Shown: positions 8,160 to 18,394 of the stretch, piece after piece | Position numbering within the stretch: the first letter of the stretch is position 1 | Layout: the number at the start of each line of letters is the position of its first letter | Assembly (NCBI GenBank): GCA_023261745.1 | Contig: JAGDXR010000026.1 | Coordinates: 1-44,329 of the forward strand | Reading direction: 5' to 3' | From: Thermoplasmata archaeon | GTDB taxonomy: Archaea > Thermoplasmatota > Thermoplasmata > Thermoplasmatales > ARK-15 | DNA length: 44,329 bases | Position numbers and translations under genes: made by a program | The notes under the pieces: generated by a model | Database searches by the model: none | Told to the model about the DNA's origin: nothing | The model's input: the letters and a program-made list of their open reading frames with translations, nothing else

Positions 8160-10844
8160 TCATCCCTTTGTCAGATAGAAATAGAGGGTATCTCCGCCCC
8201 CACCATATAGTGGGTTCTCTTCATACTGTACACCGTGGAGATATGGCGCATAGAACCAGAACTGATTGGTTTGTTCAGTGTATATGTAAAGATTAAGGTT
8301 AACTGCTATGACCTCTGCCAGATCAAAGTCCTGCAGTGCAAGTGTTTCATTTGATGTTGATTCTGCTGCATGTATCAGTTTTGTCATGTTTTCCCATTCC
8401 TGTGCCTCCTGTGTATATCCCCATGTCATCAGGTTTGTATAATTCCATCCATATGCTCCAGGATACGTTCCATTTTCAAGATACATTGCATTGACATAAT
8501 CTGAAGGATACGGGAAGTCTGGTGCCCATCCAAGCATGTTTATTGTAAGCGGATTTTGCAGAGGTGCCGCAAGCCATCCTATCAGGGATGCCCATGTTAC
8601 ATATACCGGCGTTATATGTATATTAGGATCGATTTGTGATAAGTTCTGTCCAAGCATACCTGCAGCAGCAAAGTCGGTTGGATCTCCTGCTGTTACTATT
8701 ATAGGAATATTAACTGTTGTATTATAATACCCTGATTCCATCATAAGTTTCTTTGCTTCTGTCAGATTGAACTGTGGAATTGTTGCACCGTGTGCAGCAA
8801 GCCACTGCTGAGATACATATCCGGGCATTCCTTTTGGTATAATACCTACATAATGGAATCCGAAATCTGCATGGTAAATGGCATTTCCAACAAGATTATT
8901 CATATAATTTGTGTAATTGAATGCATCAGCAAATGCAGCCCTGACATATGGATTTGCGAAATAGTGTGACGGTAAATTGTAATTGGTACCTATCGCCGTA
9001 TGCAATACTGATATATTGATATTCCAGTTAAATACCCAGAAGAATATGCTTAATGAAGGGAATGAATATATACTTACCTTACCCTGGGATTGCAATGACT
9101 GAACTGTTGGATAATACGTGGGAGGAAGACCTTCAGTTATGTCGGACTGACCACTCTTCATCATCAACAATGCGGTTTCTGGATCTTTAACCCACTGTAT
9201 GTATACCTTATCAGTTGGTGCCTTGTTATATCCTGGTATTCCAGGAATTGGTGTATAATTCGGATTGGGCGCAAGTATTATTGATTGCCCTACAAGATAT
9301 GTCTGTATCATGTAAGGTCCCGAACCCATGGCATTATCCCTTACATAGGTATTGTAATCACTTGGATTTCCTTCATTTACATATGCAGAGAATCCCTGGG
9401 GTGTGAATGTTATTCCGGCTCCATGCTGTACCAGCCAGTTATAGTCAACTATTCCTGCTCCAAGAGGATCCGCTACATATTCCAGAAATGCAGGATCAGG
9501 TTTCAGAAGATGGAATGTTATGCTATCGGTTGCATTGTTGACGGTCATGGCTGCGGTTATATTCTGATATGTATTTGTGCCCCATCCACCATCAGGCAAT
9601 AGATCCTGACCAAGTATCCAGCCAGGGTTTGATGGGTTATCCATGAATAATAATGTCCTTACAATGCTGGTATAAACATCCCAAGCTGTAAGAGGATCAC
9701 CATTTGCAAACTTCAATCCGGATCTGACATAGAATGTGTAATTCAATCCATTTGGAGATATCAATCCATTCTGCATTGTGGGTACTTTTGTTGCAACTAT
9801 CGGAATGAGCTGTGATGTCGAAGAAGCATTATACTGAATCAATGTTTCATAAACATTATCTATTATTTCTGCTCCCACTGTCTCATAATCGATTGCAGGA
9901 TCAAAAGAATATGGACCTCCCGGAACTACCTCTGCAACATTGATAACTCCTGGAGAGGGTATATTACCGCTGGCCTTCAATATTCCTGCCTTCTGTCCGG
10001 ATGATGCCACATAGACTGTAAATAATTCAGATAATGCAACATGCTGTCCTGACATGACCTGGCTGTAATATGAAGATGGAATATATTCTGTCTGTGTATT
10101 ATTGTTTACAACCAAATATTTCATGAATGGTGCCTGGTTGTATGTTACCACTGTAAAATTAATTATGTAAAAGCCAGTGTTCTTAAATGTATGCATTGCA
10201 AGATTTGTACTGTATGATCCGCTTGTTTTATTATAAATTACAGGTGTTATGGTTGAATTGGATCCATCACCGTAGTTTATTACATAATATCCCACGGTCC
10301 AGTTTGTTGCGCTTGGTGGCTGGAGAAACGATTCAAGGAATGCCGACTGCTGTCCCTGAGAAAGTATGGGCGCGTTTGGCTCATATGTTGTGTTAAATGC
10401 CATTGAAGGCTGGGCCATCTCAGACTCCAGTGTTGAATTGGATGGAGTGCTAGGGGATATAGTTATATAAAGCATGTTCGCAAGATTATCTGCATACCCA
10501 CCAGATCCAGATGCATTCACATAAATAAGATATTTACCGGGATACGCATAAGAATGGTTTACCACTGTACCTGTTGCCGATGATCCATCGCCAAAATACC
10601 ATGTCACCTTTGAAACTGTTCCTGTAACGGATGCTGTAAATGTTATTGGACTGTTAGTTGTACCAAGCTGTGTTGTTACAGATGCAGAGACTGTAGGTGC
10701 TGTTGGAGATGGTGTTGGACTTGGGCTCGGAGATGGACTGGTTGTCGTTGTTGGCTTCTGTTGAAGCATTACTGCTGCCGCTGCAATTATCACTATCAAA
10801 ACGATTACAACTGCTATAATCGCATAAAGAGTTTTCTTTTCCAT
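8160..10844 (-). CDS. Membrane-anchored extracellular solute-binding protein, family 5 (OppA/DppA-like), with N-terminal PKD-type domain(s) and an S/P/T linker
   Basis: N-terminal TM helix (LYAIIAVVIVLIVIIAAAAVML), then the linker TTTTSPSPSPSPTPSPT. PKD signature: VTWYFGDGSSATGTVVNHSYAYPGKYLIYVNA. A second, degenerate copy reads INYGDGSN...HTFKNTGFYIINFTV. The C-terminal ~550 aa have the SBP_bac_5-like body. Many N-x-S/T sequons. It heads the opp operon. Confidence 0.75.
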   Translation of the reverse strand: MEKKTLYAIIAVVIVLIVIIAAAAVMLQQKPTTTTSPSPSPSPTPSPTAPTVSASVTTQLGTTNSPITFTASVTGTVSKVTWYFGDGSSATGTVVNHSYAYPGKYLIYVNASGSGGYADNLANMLYITISPSTPSNSTLESEMAQPSMAFNTTYEPNAPILSQGQQSAFLESFLQPPSATNWTVGYYVINYGDGSNSTITPVIYNKTSGSYSTNLAMHTFKNTGFYIINFTVVTYNQAPFMKYLVVNNNTQTEYIPSSYYSQVMSGQHVALSELFTVYVASSGQKAGILKASGNIPSPGVINVAEVVPGGPYSFDPAIDYETVGAEIIDNVYETLIQYNASSTSQLIPIVATKVPTMQNGLISPNGLNYTFYVRSGLKFANGDPLTAWDVYTSIVRTLLFMDNPSNPGWILGQDLLPDGGWGTNTYQNITAAMTVNNATDSITFHLLKPDPAFLEYVADPLGAGIVDYNWLVQHGAGITFTPQGFSAYVNEGNPSDYNTYVRDNAMGSGPYMIQTYLVGQSIILAPNPNYTPIPGIPGYNKAPTDKVYIQWVKDPETALLMMKSGQSDITEGLPPTYYPTVQSLQSQGKVSIYSFPSLSIFFWVFNWNINISVLHTAIGTNYNLPSHYFANPYVRAAFADAFNYTNYMNNLVGNAIYHADFGFHYVGIIPKGMPGYVSQQWLAAHGATIPQFNLTEAKKLMMESGYYNTTVNIPIIVTAGDPTDFAAAGMLGQNLSQIDPNIHITPVYVTWASLIGWLAAPLQNPLTINMLGWAPDFPYPSDYVNAMYLENGTYPGAYGWNYTNLMTWGYTQEAQEWENMTKLIHAAESTSNETLALQDFDLAEVIAVNLNLYIYTEQTNQFWFYAPYLHGVQYEENPLYGGGGDTLYFYLTKG

Positions 10845-10956
10845 AGAACCTACCTCAACCTTACGATTACAATTTAAATAATAAATATTTTGGTATACCC
10901 CATTTTAATATAAAACATATTGAAAAAGACCATTTAATTTATTGATCCTCAATCAT

Positions 10957-11292
10957 TTAAAACTGTCCCCTCATGAGTCTGATTATGCTGCTCTCAATAT
11001 TTGCAGAAGATATTTCATCTGTTATATCTGAAATATCAAAATCTTTATTTTTTGTAATTTCAATAATTTCTTGATTTCCCCTGGTCCATATTAAATATAT
11101 CACGGAATTCTCTAAACATATTTCAATGAGACCATAATCTAAATATGGAGACCAGAAATTGTTCAGGCATCTTATATTCTTAAAAACATTTCTGATGGTT
11201 TCTTCAATTTTCAATGGCCCATATTCAGTTTTTATTTTAACTACCCATTTCCCATCAGAATTTTGAATGGTTTTTTTAATTTCATCGAACAT
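10957..11292 (-). CDS. Hypothetical protein (111 aa)
   Basis: Only an isolated ORF with ordinary soluble composition. I recognise no motif. Confidence 0.4.
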   Translation of the reverse strand: MFDEIKKTIQNSDGKWVVKIKTEYGPLKIEETIRNVFKNIRCLNNFWSPYLDYGLIEICLENSVIYLIWTRGNQEIIEITKNKDFDISDITDEISSANIESSIIRLMRGQF

Positions 11293-11336
11293 TGAAGACA
11301 GTATTTATTAAGATATTTTAATTTATTCTATTTTTG

Positions 11337-13115
11337 ATGAAATATTATTCCGCATGCCCAAGGGATTGCTATGATGCATGTTCCATAATTACGGAGATTA
11401 ATGATGGTAAAATATCAATATATGGAAACAGGATTCATCCCTATACAGATGGATTTTTATGTTTGAAATCAAAATGGTACGTCAAAGCATCTCATGGTGA
11501 TGCAAGGTTAACTGAACCTATGATCAAAAAAAATGATAAATTTGAAAAAATATCCTGGAATGATGCATTTAAAATAATATCGGAGAGAATTAAAGATCCG
11601 GAAAGGTTTTTGCCATACGATTATGCCGGCAACAGAGCCCTAATATCATATAATTTCCCCCAGAGAATGTTCAATTATTTTGGAACCTTGAAACTTAATC
11701 ATTCATTGTGCGATGAGGCCGGCAATATATCCCTGATTAATTTGCTCGGGTCTTCCACGGGATATAATCCTGATGATATTAATAAATCCGATTTATTTGT
11801 TTATTGGGGCATGAATCCCGTATGGACAAACATTCATGGATGGGCAAAGGTTAAAAAGAATGTGGAAAAAATTGTTGTAATAGATCCAGAAATAACGGAA
11901 ACAGCTAAATCTTCTTTTATGCATATTAGAATTTTTCCTGGAAAAGATTTCAAGTTTGCAATGTTTGTTGCTAAAATGCTGAATGTAAAAATGAAAAAAT
12001 ATCCAGATTTTATCATGGATTTTGATGAACTTGATGAAAATGATAAAAAAAATGCAGAAAAATTCTCTGAGATGTTAATGAAAGCAAAAAATCCGGTTAT
12101 CCATATTGGATACGGTTTTCAGAAACAGATAAATGGTGGAATTACTGTAATGGCAATTGCCTTTATATTATCAATTCTTGATAAAGACTACAATTTTATA
12201 TATGATAGAAGGCACAGAATTGATTATGATTACCTGAGAGGAAAAAATGAAAATAGAAAGGAAATAAATCAGTACACAATTGCTGATCAGATGGATAAAT
12301 TTGACACACTTTTTATTTACGGAAGCAACCCATTCAATTCTCTGCCAAACCAGAAAAAATTCCGTGAAAAAATTATTGAGAAGGATATTTTTGTCATCAC
12401 TCATGATCTTTACTTAAATGATACAGTAATGAATTCCAATCTTATTTTACCCGCAGCACATTTTTTTGAATTTAATGACCTTGTGGATTCATATTATCAT
12501 GATTATATTTCACTGAATCAGAAAATCGCTGACCCCTTGGGGCTTGCCCTTTCAAATCATGATCTATTCGTAAACCTAGCTAAATTCATGGAACTGAATG
12601 ACCCTTTTCTCATTGAAGATGAAATGAATATCATAGATAATATAATAAAAAGATCAAACATTGACAGAATATCACTTTTTGAAAAAGGTTACGCATGGAT
12701 CGAGCCTGAAATCATCAGAAAAAAATTTGATTTTAATTATTTCATGGAAAATATTGATAAATACAGAAAAGAGAATAGCAGAGATTTTAGATTGATTTCA
12801 TCCACAAATGTTATGTCCATAGGCTCTCTGCACAACAATCTCTATGATTTTGATACCTATGCATATATAAATGATGAGGATGCGGAACAGATGAATATAA
12901 AGGATAATGATACTGTGAAAATATTTAATGAAAAATACAGCATAATTACAAGAATAAAGATTTCCGGAAGGATAATGAAAAAAACAGTAGTGATTTACAG
13001 AGGTTCGTGGGTCAAAAATTATGGATGGAATGTAAATTTTTTGACAGATGATAAATCACAGTTGTATAATGGCCCATCCTTCCAATCAACTTTTGTAAAA
13101 ATAGAAAAATTATAA
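11337..13115 (+). CDS. Molybdopterin (bis-MGD) oxidoreductase family catalytic subunit, stand-alone
   Basis: N-terminal 4Fe-4S motif CPRDCYDAC...(x)...C (C-x2-C-x3-C...C). MopB-like body. C-terminal molydopterin dinucleotide-binding barrel: AYINDEDAEQMNIKDNDTVKIFNEKYSIITRIKISGRIMKKTVVI. The track start is TTG 11334; the ATG is at 11337. Confidence 0.72.
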   Translation: MKYYSACPRDCYDACSIITEINDGKISIYGNRIHPYTDGFLCLKSKWYVKASHGDARLTEPMIKKNDKFEKISWNDAFKIISERIKDPERFLPYDYAGNRALISYNFPQRMFNYFGTLKLNHSLCDEAGNISLINLLGSSTGYNPDDINKSDLFVYWGMNPVWTNIHGWAKVKKNVEKIVVIDPEITETAKSSFMHIRIFPGKDFKFAMFVAKMLNVKMKKYPDFIMDFDELDENDKKNAEKFSEMLMKAKNPVIHIGYGFQKQINGGITVMAIAFILSILDKDYNFIYDRRHRIDYDYLRGKNENRKEINQYTIADQMDKFDTLFIYGSNPFNSLPNQKKFREKIIEKDIFVITHDLYLNDTVMNSNLILPAAHFFEFNDLVDSYYHDYISLNQKIADPLGLALSNHDLFVNLAKFMELNDPFLIEDEMNIIDNIIKRSNIDRISLFEKGYAWIEPEIIRKKFDFNYFMENIDKYRKENSRDFRLISSTNVMSIGSLHNNLYDFDTYAYINDEDAEQMNIKDNDTVKIFNEKYSIITRIKISGRIMKKTVVIYRGSWVKNYGWNVNFLTDDKSQLYNGPSFQSTFVKIEKL

Positions 13116-13679
13116 ACTATTTTTATATACTTTATTTAAATATATTATTTTGGATATGCTTTCAACCAGGGTTAAATTTTTCAGGGCCTCACCCAGATCC
13201 TTTCCTCTGGCAAATGTCCCATGCCCCTTTACTACGGCCATTTTGTGTTCCTTCATAACGTATCCGAGACTCATTGCCAGTTCCTTTGATGCAACAGGAT
13301 TTTCTATATCTATTACAGGTATATATTTCAGATAATATTTTCCTTCTGCATCAACAGGAACGATCCTATCTGTGTTTTCTGAAATCGATAAAACTATGGC
13401 ATATATCGTATGTGCATGTATTATCGCATTCGATTCGGTGTTTTTGTAAATTTCAACGTGTGAATAGACCTCTGAAGAAGCAATGTCATAATTTTTTTGG
13501 TCCACTAAAGAAATTTCAACTATATCATCTTCAGAGAGAGATCCCATCATTGTTCCGTGCTTTTTAATAAATATTTTATTACCATGCCTGACACTTATGT
13601 TACCACTGTGGCTGGATTCCGTTAGCCCCATCTCAAATAGTATTCGACCATATTTTATTATTTCATTTTTTACATTCAT
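13110..13679 (-). CDS. Class II aldolase/adducin-family protein (fuculose-phosphate aldolase / MTRu-1-P dehydratase-like)
   Basis: Contains SHSGNISVR and the zinc-histidine block AIIHAHTIYA. The length of about 190 aa is typical of the family. Confidence 0.7.
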   Translation of the reverse strand: MNVKNEIIKYGRILFEMGLTESSHSGNISVRHGNKIFIKKHGTMMGSLSEDDIVEISLVDQKNYDIASSEVYSHVEIYKNTESNAIIHAHTIYAIVLSISENTDRIVPVDAEGKYYLKYIPVIDIENPVASKELAMSLGYVMKEHKMAVVKGHGTFARGKDLGEALKNLTLVESISKIIYLNKVYKNSL

Positions 13680-13684
13680 AATTA

Positions 13685-15160
13685 TCAGTGGCTGAAAGCC
13701 CTCTTTCCTGTAAATACCATTGCAATGTTGAGTTCATCAGCCCTCTTTATTACTTCATTATCTCTCTTTGATCCACCTGGCTGTATTATCGCTGTTATGC
13801 CGGCCTTTGCAGCTTCTTCCACATCATCAACAAAAGGTAAAAATCCATCAGAGGCCATTACTGAATTCTTTGCCCTTTCTCCCGCCTTCATTGATGCAAT
13901 CTTTACCGCATCAACCCTGCTCATCTGACCTGCACCGATGCCTGTTGTTGTTTTATTGAATGCAAAAACTATTGCATTGCTTTTAACATGCCTTACAACA
14001 TTCCAAGAAAATCTGAGGTCTTCCTCTTCCCTTTTATCCGGCTTCCTTTCAGTAACGACATTCCACTCTATTTCATCGTTTCCCTTAATCTGATATAAAA
14101 ATCCCCCGGCCGCATTCCTCAAATCAAAATTTTCTGTTCTGCCATCAAATTTTATTACCCTAAGATCCTTTTTGTATTTTGAAAAAAATTCTATAGAATT
14201 TTCATCATAATCAGGTGCGACGATAAGTTCATAGAAATTGTTCCTCATTTTTTTTGCAAAGCTTTCATTAACCTTAAAATTGACACCTATGATTCCACCA
14301 TATGCTGACATTGAATCAGCAAGAAATGCACGATCATATACAATGTCAATTTTTTGACCGCTGGAAACACCGCATGGATTTCCGTGCTTGATAATAGCAA
14401 CTGCAGGTTCATCGAAATCATTCACAATTTTCCATGCTACATCCATGTCAAGGATATTGTTATAGGAGATTTCCTTACCCCTTATATATCTCCATGGCAT
14501 GCTGTCTGAATAAAATCCGGCAATATCATGTGGATTTTCACCGTACCTGAGCTTTTCATAGATCATTGATGATACTGATATTCCCGGTGGAATTGTGGAA
14601 TGGAATTTGTTCCAGAACCTGTTGAAAATGTTTGAATCATACCATGATGTATAAAGAAAGGCCTTTACCGCCAGTTCTTTCCTTTTCTCCATACCAACGT
14701 ATCCATTTTCACCTATTTCTCTGATTATTTCATCATAATTATCCGGGTCTGTTATGACTGTTACCCTTTCATAATTCTTTGCGGCCGCCCTAATAAGTGA
14801 AACTCCACCTATATCTATATTTTCAACCATTTCCCTTTCATCATCACCGGTATTTTTGAAATCGTATAGATTTACTACAACCATGTCAATTGGTTTTATG
14901 CCGAACCTTTTCAATTCGTTGATCTGGTCATTCCTGGCAAGAATTCCAGCATAAATGTTTGGATGCAGAGTTTTTACCCTTCCATCCAGCATTTCCTTAA
15001 AACCAGTAATGCTTTCCATGTCATTTATATTCTTAATCTTATTCTCTTCCAGATACCTCTTTGTTCCTGATGTGGCATATATTTCATTCCCCTTTTCTAT
15101 GAGAAATTGAACAAATTTTTCAATATTCCTTTTATCCGTAACTGATACAATAATATTCAT
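13685..15160 (-). CDS. purH: Bifunctional AICAR transformylase / IMP cyclohydrolase
   Basis: N-terminal MGS-like domain (ATSGTKRYLEE...DGRVKTLHPNIYAGILAR). AICARFT domain with IIKHGNPCG and GIGAGQMSRVD. C-terminal QPGGSKRD. Confidence 0.92.
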   Translation of the reverse strand: MNIIVSVTDKRNIEKFVQFLIEKGNEIYATSGTKRYLEENKIKNINDMESITGFKEMLDGRVKTLHPNIYAGILARNDQINELKRFGIKPIDMVVVNLYDFKNTGDDEREMVENIDIGGVSLIRAAAKNYERVTVITDPDNYDEIIREIGENGYVGMEKRKELAVKAFLYTSWYDSNIFNRFWNKFHSTIPPGISVSSMIYEKLRYGENPHDIAGFYSDSMPWRYIRGKEISYNNILDMDVAWKIVNDFDEPAVAIIKHGNPCGVSSGQKIDIVYDRAFLADSMSAYGGIIGVNFKVNESFAKKMRNNFYELIVAPDYDENSIEFFSKYKKDLRVIKFDGRTENFDLRNAAGGFLYQIKGNDEIEWNVVTERKPDKREEEDLRFSWNVVRHVKSNAIVFAFNKTTTGIGAGQMSRVDAVKIASMKAGERAKNSVMASDGFLPFVDDVEEAAKAGITAIIQPGGSKRDNEVIKRADELNIAMVFTGKRAFSH

Positions 15161-15182
15161 GATTGTGTAATATAATTTTTAA

Positions 15183-15881
15183 TTAAATTTTTATCGATAA
15201 CTTTTCATTACACCTGAAAAACCTTATTTTAAGAAGATATAGAAGGTTCTTTACACCATCCTTGAACCTCTGCAATTTAACCTCTCCCATCCTTACACCA
15301 TAATCTATTGGAAGTTCTTTTGATCTGAACTTTGTGAAAGCCTGGATTTTCAGTTCTTCAGAAAATGGCATTCCATCTGAACAGAGATTCATACCATATA
15401 ATATTTCCTTTCTGAATATCCACATACCGCTCTGGGAATCCTTTATTTTTAGGAAAAATAACATCAAAACGGCATAATTGAGAATTAGGTTTCCTATTCT
15501 GTGGGCCTTTACCATGGCCTCAGGAGATAACCTGCTTATCCTTTCACATGAAATAAAATCATAATTATCTCTGTAGAGTATATCAATATAATCATTAATT
15601 ACCTCTGGGGGGTATGTATTGTCACCGTCCAGTGTTACTATTATTTTTCCTGAAGCATTTGAAAATCCGGTCTTGTATGCCCTCCCATACCCCTTTCTTT
15701 TTTCTTCTATGACCCTGGCCCCCATGGATCTAGCAATATCTGGTGTTCTATCTGTACTGTTATCAACAATCAAAATTTCATAATTTCCGATGACACTTTT
15801 CCTTATCCTTTCAATAACCTTTCCTATATTTTCCTCTTCATTCATTGTAGGTATGATTATGCTCATTTCGATTTCATCCAA
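15183..15881 (-). CDS. Family 2 glycosyltransferase (dolichyl-phosphate sugar synthase-like)
   Basis: GT-A fold blocks SIIIPTMNEEENI, ILIVDNSTDRT, GYGRAYKTGF and the DxD region TLDGDNTYP. Confidence 0.75.
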   Translation of the reverse strand: MDEIEMSIIIPTMNEEENIGKVIERIRKSVIGNYEILIVDNSTDRTPDIARSMGARVIEEKRKGYGRAYKTGFSNASGKIIVTLDGDNTYPPEVINDYIDILYRDNYDFISCERISRLSPEAMVKAHRIGNLILNYAVLMLFFLKIKDSQSGMWIFRKEILYGMNLCSDGMPFSEELKIQAFTKFRSKELPIDYGVRMGEVKLQRFKDGVKNLLYLLKIRFFRCNEKLSIKI

Positions 15882-15882
15882 A

Positions 15883-16668
15883 TCAGCTCACCTTACCTCT
15901 AATATAACCAGTAATTGCAAACATTAACCTTGCTATACCGAATAAATTGAATTGCCCTGTCTCAACCATTGATTTTATCGAATACATTTTCCATACATTG
16001 CCATGTTTTTTATTTAGCTGGGCCCTCCCATATCCATTCCAGTATGCCTGCCTTAAAAAAGATCCAATATCATCCCTGACTTTATTGTAAACTACGGCAT
16101 GTTCATTGTAGCAAAACCTTGCTCCTATGTCCAGAGACCTCATATTCAAATCAATATCCTCAGCAGTTATGAATATCTCATCAAACCCTTTCAATCTTAA
16201 AAAAAGGATTTTTTTATATCCAAGATTGCAGGAGGGATATGTGACATCAATCCCCCTGTAAAATAGTTCTACCCTACCAAATTTTGTGTATGTATTTTTT
16301 CCAATGCTTATAGTTTTTCCTGCCACAAAGTCACATCCTGAATCAAAGGATTTTCTCATTTCTGAGACCCAGTTCCTGTCAGCATAGGAATCACCGTCAA
16401 TGAATAGAACATATTCATATTTAGAGTTCATAACACCTATATTTCTCCCTTCCCCTCGAGTACTTTTTTTGATTATTATTTTTAGATCCATTTCATCTTT
16501 GAATTTTTTTGCGATTTCAACCGTTCGGTCACTGCTTTCTGAATCTACCATGACAACTTCAAAAGGCCTTTCCTGGATTTTAAGGGATTCGAATAATTCC
16601 AAAATGTTCTTTTCCTCATTCTTTACCGTTATTATTATCGATATTGGCAACATCAAATTCACCTTCAA
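15883..16668 (-). CDS. Family 2 glycosyltransferase
   Basis: [26 protein letters not shown] and FIDGDSYAD (DxD). Its start overlaps the 3' end of the upstream gene, so the true start may be the internal Met five codons later. Confidence 0.7.
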   Translation of the reverse strand: MKVNLMLPISIIITVKNEEKNILELFESLKIQERPFEVVMVDSESSDRTVEIAKKFKDEMDLKIIIKKSTRGEGRNIGVMNSKYEYVLFIDGDSYADRNWVSEMRKSFDSGCDFVAGKTISIGKNTYTKFGRVELFYRGIDVTYPSCNLGYKKILFLRLKGFDEIFITAEDIDLNMRSLDIGARFCYNEHAVVYNKVRDDIGSFLRQAYWNGYGRAQLNKKHGNVWKMYSIKSMVETGQFNLFGIARLMFAITGYIRGKVS

Positions 16669-18394
16669 TATCTATGTTTCCTGGGGGAAGCAATCTTACG
16701 ACCTCATCCTTTGAAATACTGAATTTTTTTGATATCTCAACTGCAGCATTTTCCTTTGTCATATTACCGGGAACTATTGATATTATTTTTTTGGCCTTAT
16801 TCCGAAAAGATTCTACTGACCCTATCATGACAATTTTCACATTCTGATATTCAATTTCCCCTATCCCAAGGCGCAGTGGGAGATTCCTCATGTAATTCCT
16901 TTTACCCCTTATTATCCAAGCCCCCCTGGGAACATATTCACCGCTCTCAGCCATTTTAGAAACCTGTGAAAATGTTACCCAGTATGCATCTGCAACTTTG
17001 TATCCGGCGTTCCATGCCCTTGAAAATGATACCCCGAAAATGCCTGCCTCAATAAGGGTTTTCTCTGTTATTCCAGTATTTTTAACAACAACGCTGGGGG
17101 CTCCATGAATATCTGCGTGAACGTAATAATCCTTTTCACCAAAGTACTTTTTAACAACCTCTTCATTGGATTTTGCATCCCTGCCTGCTATGACAATTGC
17201 ATTTTCAGATGATATGAACCACCTGTATTTCTCAAACCAGAACCTTTTCCTGTCTTCACGTATTACCTTCCTTTCTTCCTTTTCAACCTTTCTGGATTTT
17301 AGCCTCTCTATCGCAGCCAGTATTCCATCCATCTTTTCTGAATACTTCTTGGATTCTTCGTACTTCTGCTGGGCATTTCCTATGGAATTCAACATCATAT
17401 TGATATCTAATTCCCTTCCATCCATGTTAAGCTTTATCCATTTACCTTCACGTGATACAACTTCATCAGGATTCCTGTTCTGCCTTGTCTCCTTTATTAT
17501 ACCATCAATCCTTTCAAGATTCATCATTATAAAATCTGCATCATCCTTCAGATTTTCAGATAATTTTTTGTATTCTTCATATGTTTTCAGCTGTTCGTTT
17601 AATATTTTTTGATTCTCATCAATCTCATTTTTTCTATTGACTATTTCTGTTATGGCTTTATTTACGCTTTCATACTCTTCACATCCACCTAAATTTAATA
17701 TTGATATTTTATCCTCACATATATATGCATTGCATTTCCATTCAATAATGGATTTCATTTTTTCATAAATGCAGGATATTTCATTCCCATCAAGATCTCT
17801 TGATAATTTTTCTTTTTTTATGCTGCATGATTCCAGTATGTATTCTGAGTAATGGCTTAAATTTAATTTAAGGGCAAGAAACCTTAATATCTCCATTTCA
17901 TTTTTTAAAATTTCCCTGAAATTCTCAATATCTATTTTTCTTGGATCAACTGGGGATGGTGGATATCTGTATAATTCGCCTCTAGATATTTTCCTTCCCC
18001 TCCATTCCCTTGATATCAATGAATATTCTATGGTTCCGTTGTTCAAGAATATGAAATTTCCCTGACCGAACATTTCTATTATAATTGAATAATTTGATGA
18101 GAGATCAATTCTTATTATCCTGTCAAAATTTGGCTGTTCTATTGAGATTATCCTTCTATCTATCATGTTATCAAGAAATGGGTTTTGCCTTGATTCCATT
18201 TCATACCTTTCACCAAAATAAATGTATTTTGGTAAGAGAATGTACATGTCTCTGTTGCCTGCATCCTTCTTGTGAAATCTTATCTTTATATCTTCATTTA
18301 TTGAATATTTTTTTATGAATGAATCAATCAGATATCCCCTGTTCTCAATTAACCACGCATTTATGTCCAGACTTGTCAAACCCTCACTTTTCAT
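16616..18394 (-). CDS. NFACT-family protein (archaeal Rqc2/RqcH / FbpA homologue)
   Basis: NFACT-N-like N-terminus, a long coiled-coil middle, and the NFACT-R/DUF814 block [48 protein letters not shown]. Confidence 0.8.
   Translation of the reverse strand: MKSEGLTSLDINAWLIENRGYLIDSFIKKYSINEDIKIRFHKKDAGNRDMYILLPKYIYFGERYEMESRQNPFLDNMIDRRIISIEQPNFDRIIRIDLSSNYSIIIEMFGQGNFIFLNNGTIEYSLISREWRGRKISRGELYRYPPSPVDPRKIDIENFREILKNEMEILRFLALKLNLSHYSEYILESCSIKKEKLSRDLDGNEISCIYEKMKSIIEWKCNAYICEDKISILNLGGCEEYESVNKAITEIVNRKNEIDENQKILNEQLKTYEEYKKLSENLKDDADFIMMNLERIDGIIKETRQNRNPDEVVSREGKWIKLNMDGRELDINMMLNSIGNAQQKYEESKKYSEKMDGILAAIERLKSRKVEKEERKVIREDRKRFWFEKYRWFISSENAIVIAGRDAKSNEEVVKKYFGEKDYYVHADIHGAPSVVVKNTGITEKTLIEAGIFGVSFSRAWNAGYKVADAYWVTFSQVSKMAESGEYVPRGAWIIRGKRNYMRNLPLRLGIGEIEYQNVKIVMIGSVESFRNKAKKIISIVPGNMTKENAAVEISKKFSISKDEVVRLLPPGNIDIEGEFDVANIDNNNGKE

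Noticed and set aside
10700-10760. Short-period DNA repeat (ggagatgg / ggacttgg-type) in the binding-protein gene
   Set aside because: It simply encodes the SPSPSPSPTPSPT linker. It is a low-complexity coding sequence, not an independent repeat element.
11337-13115. Selenocysteine or other recoding in the molybdopterin oxidoreductase
   Set aside because: The frame is uninterrupted, with no in-frame TGA or TAG. Nothing indicates recoding.
16616-16668. 53-nt overlap between the NFACT gene end and the GT2 gene start as a possible frameshift or fusion
   Set aside because: The two proteins belong to unrelated families and both are full length. An internal Met (16653) shortens the overlap. There is no evidence of a disrupted frame.
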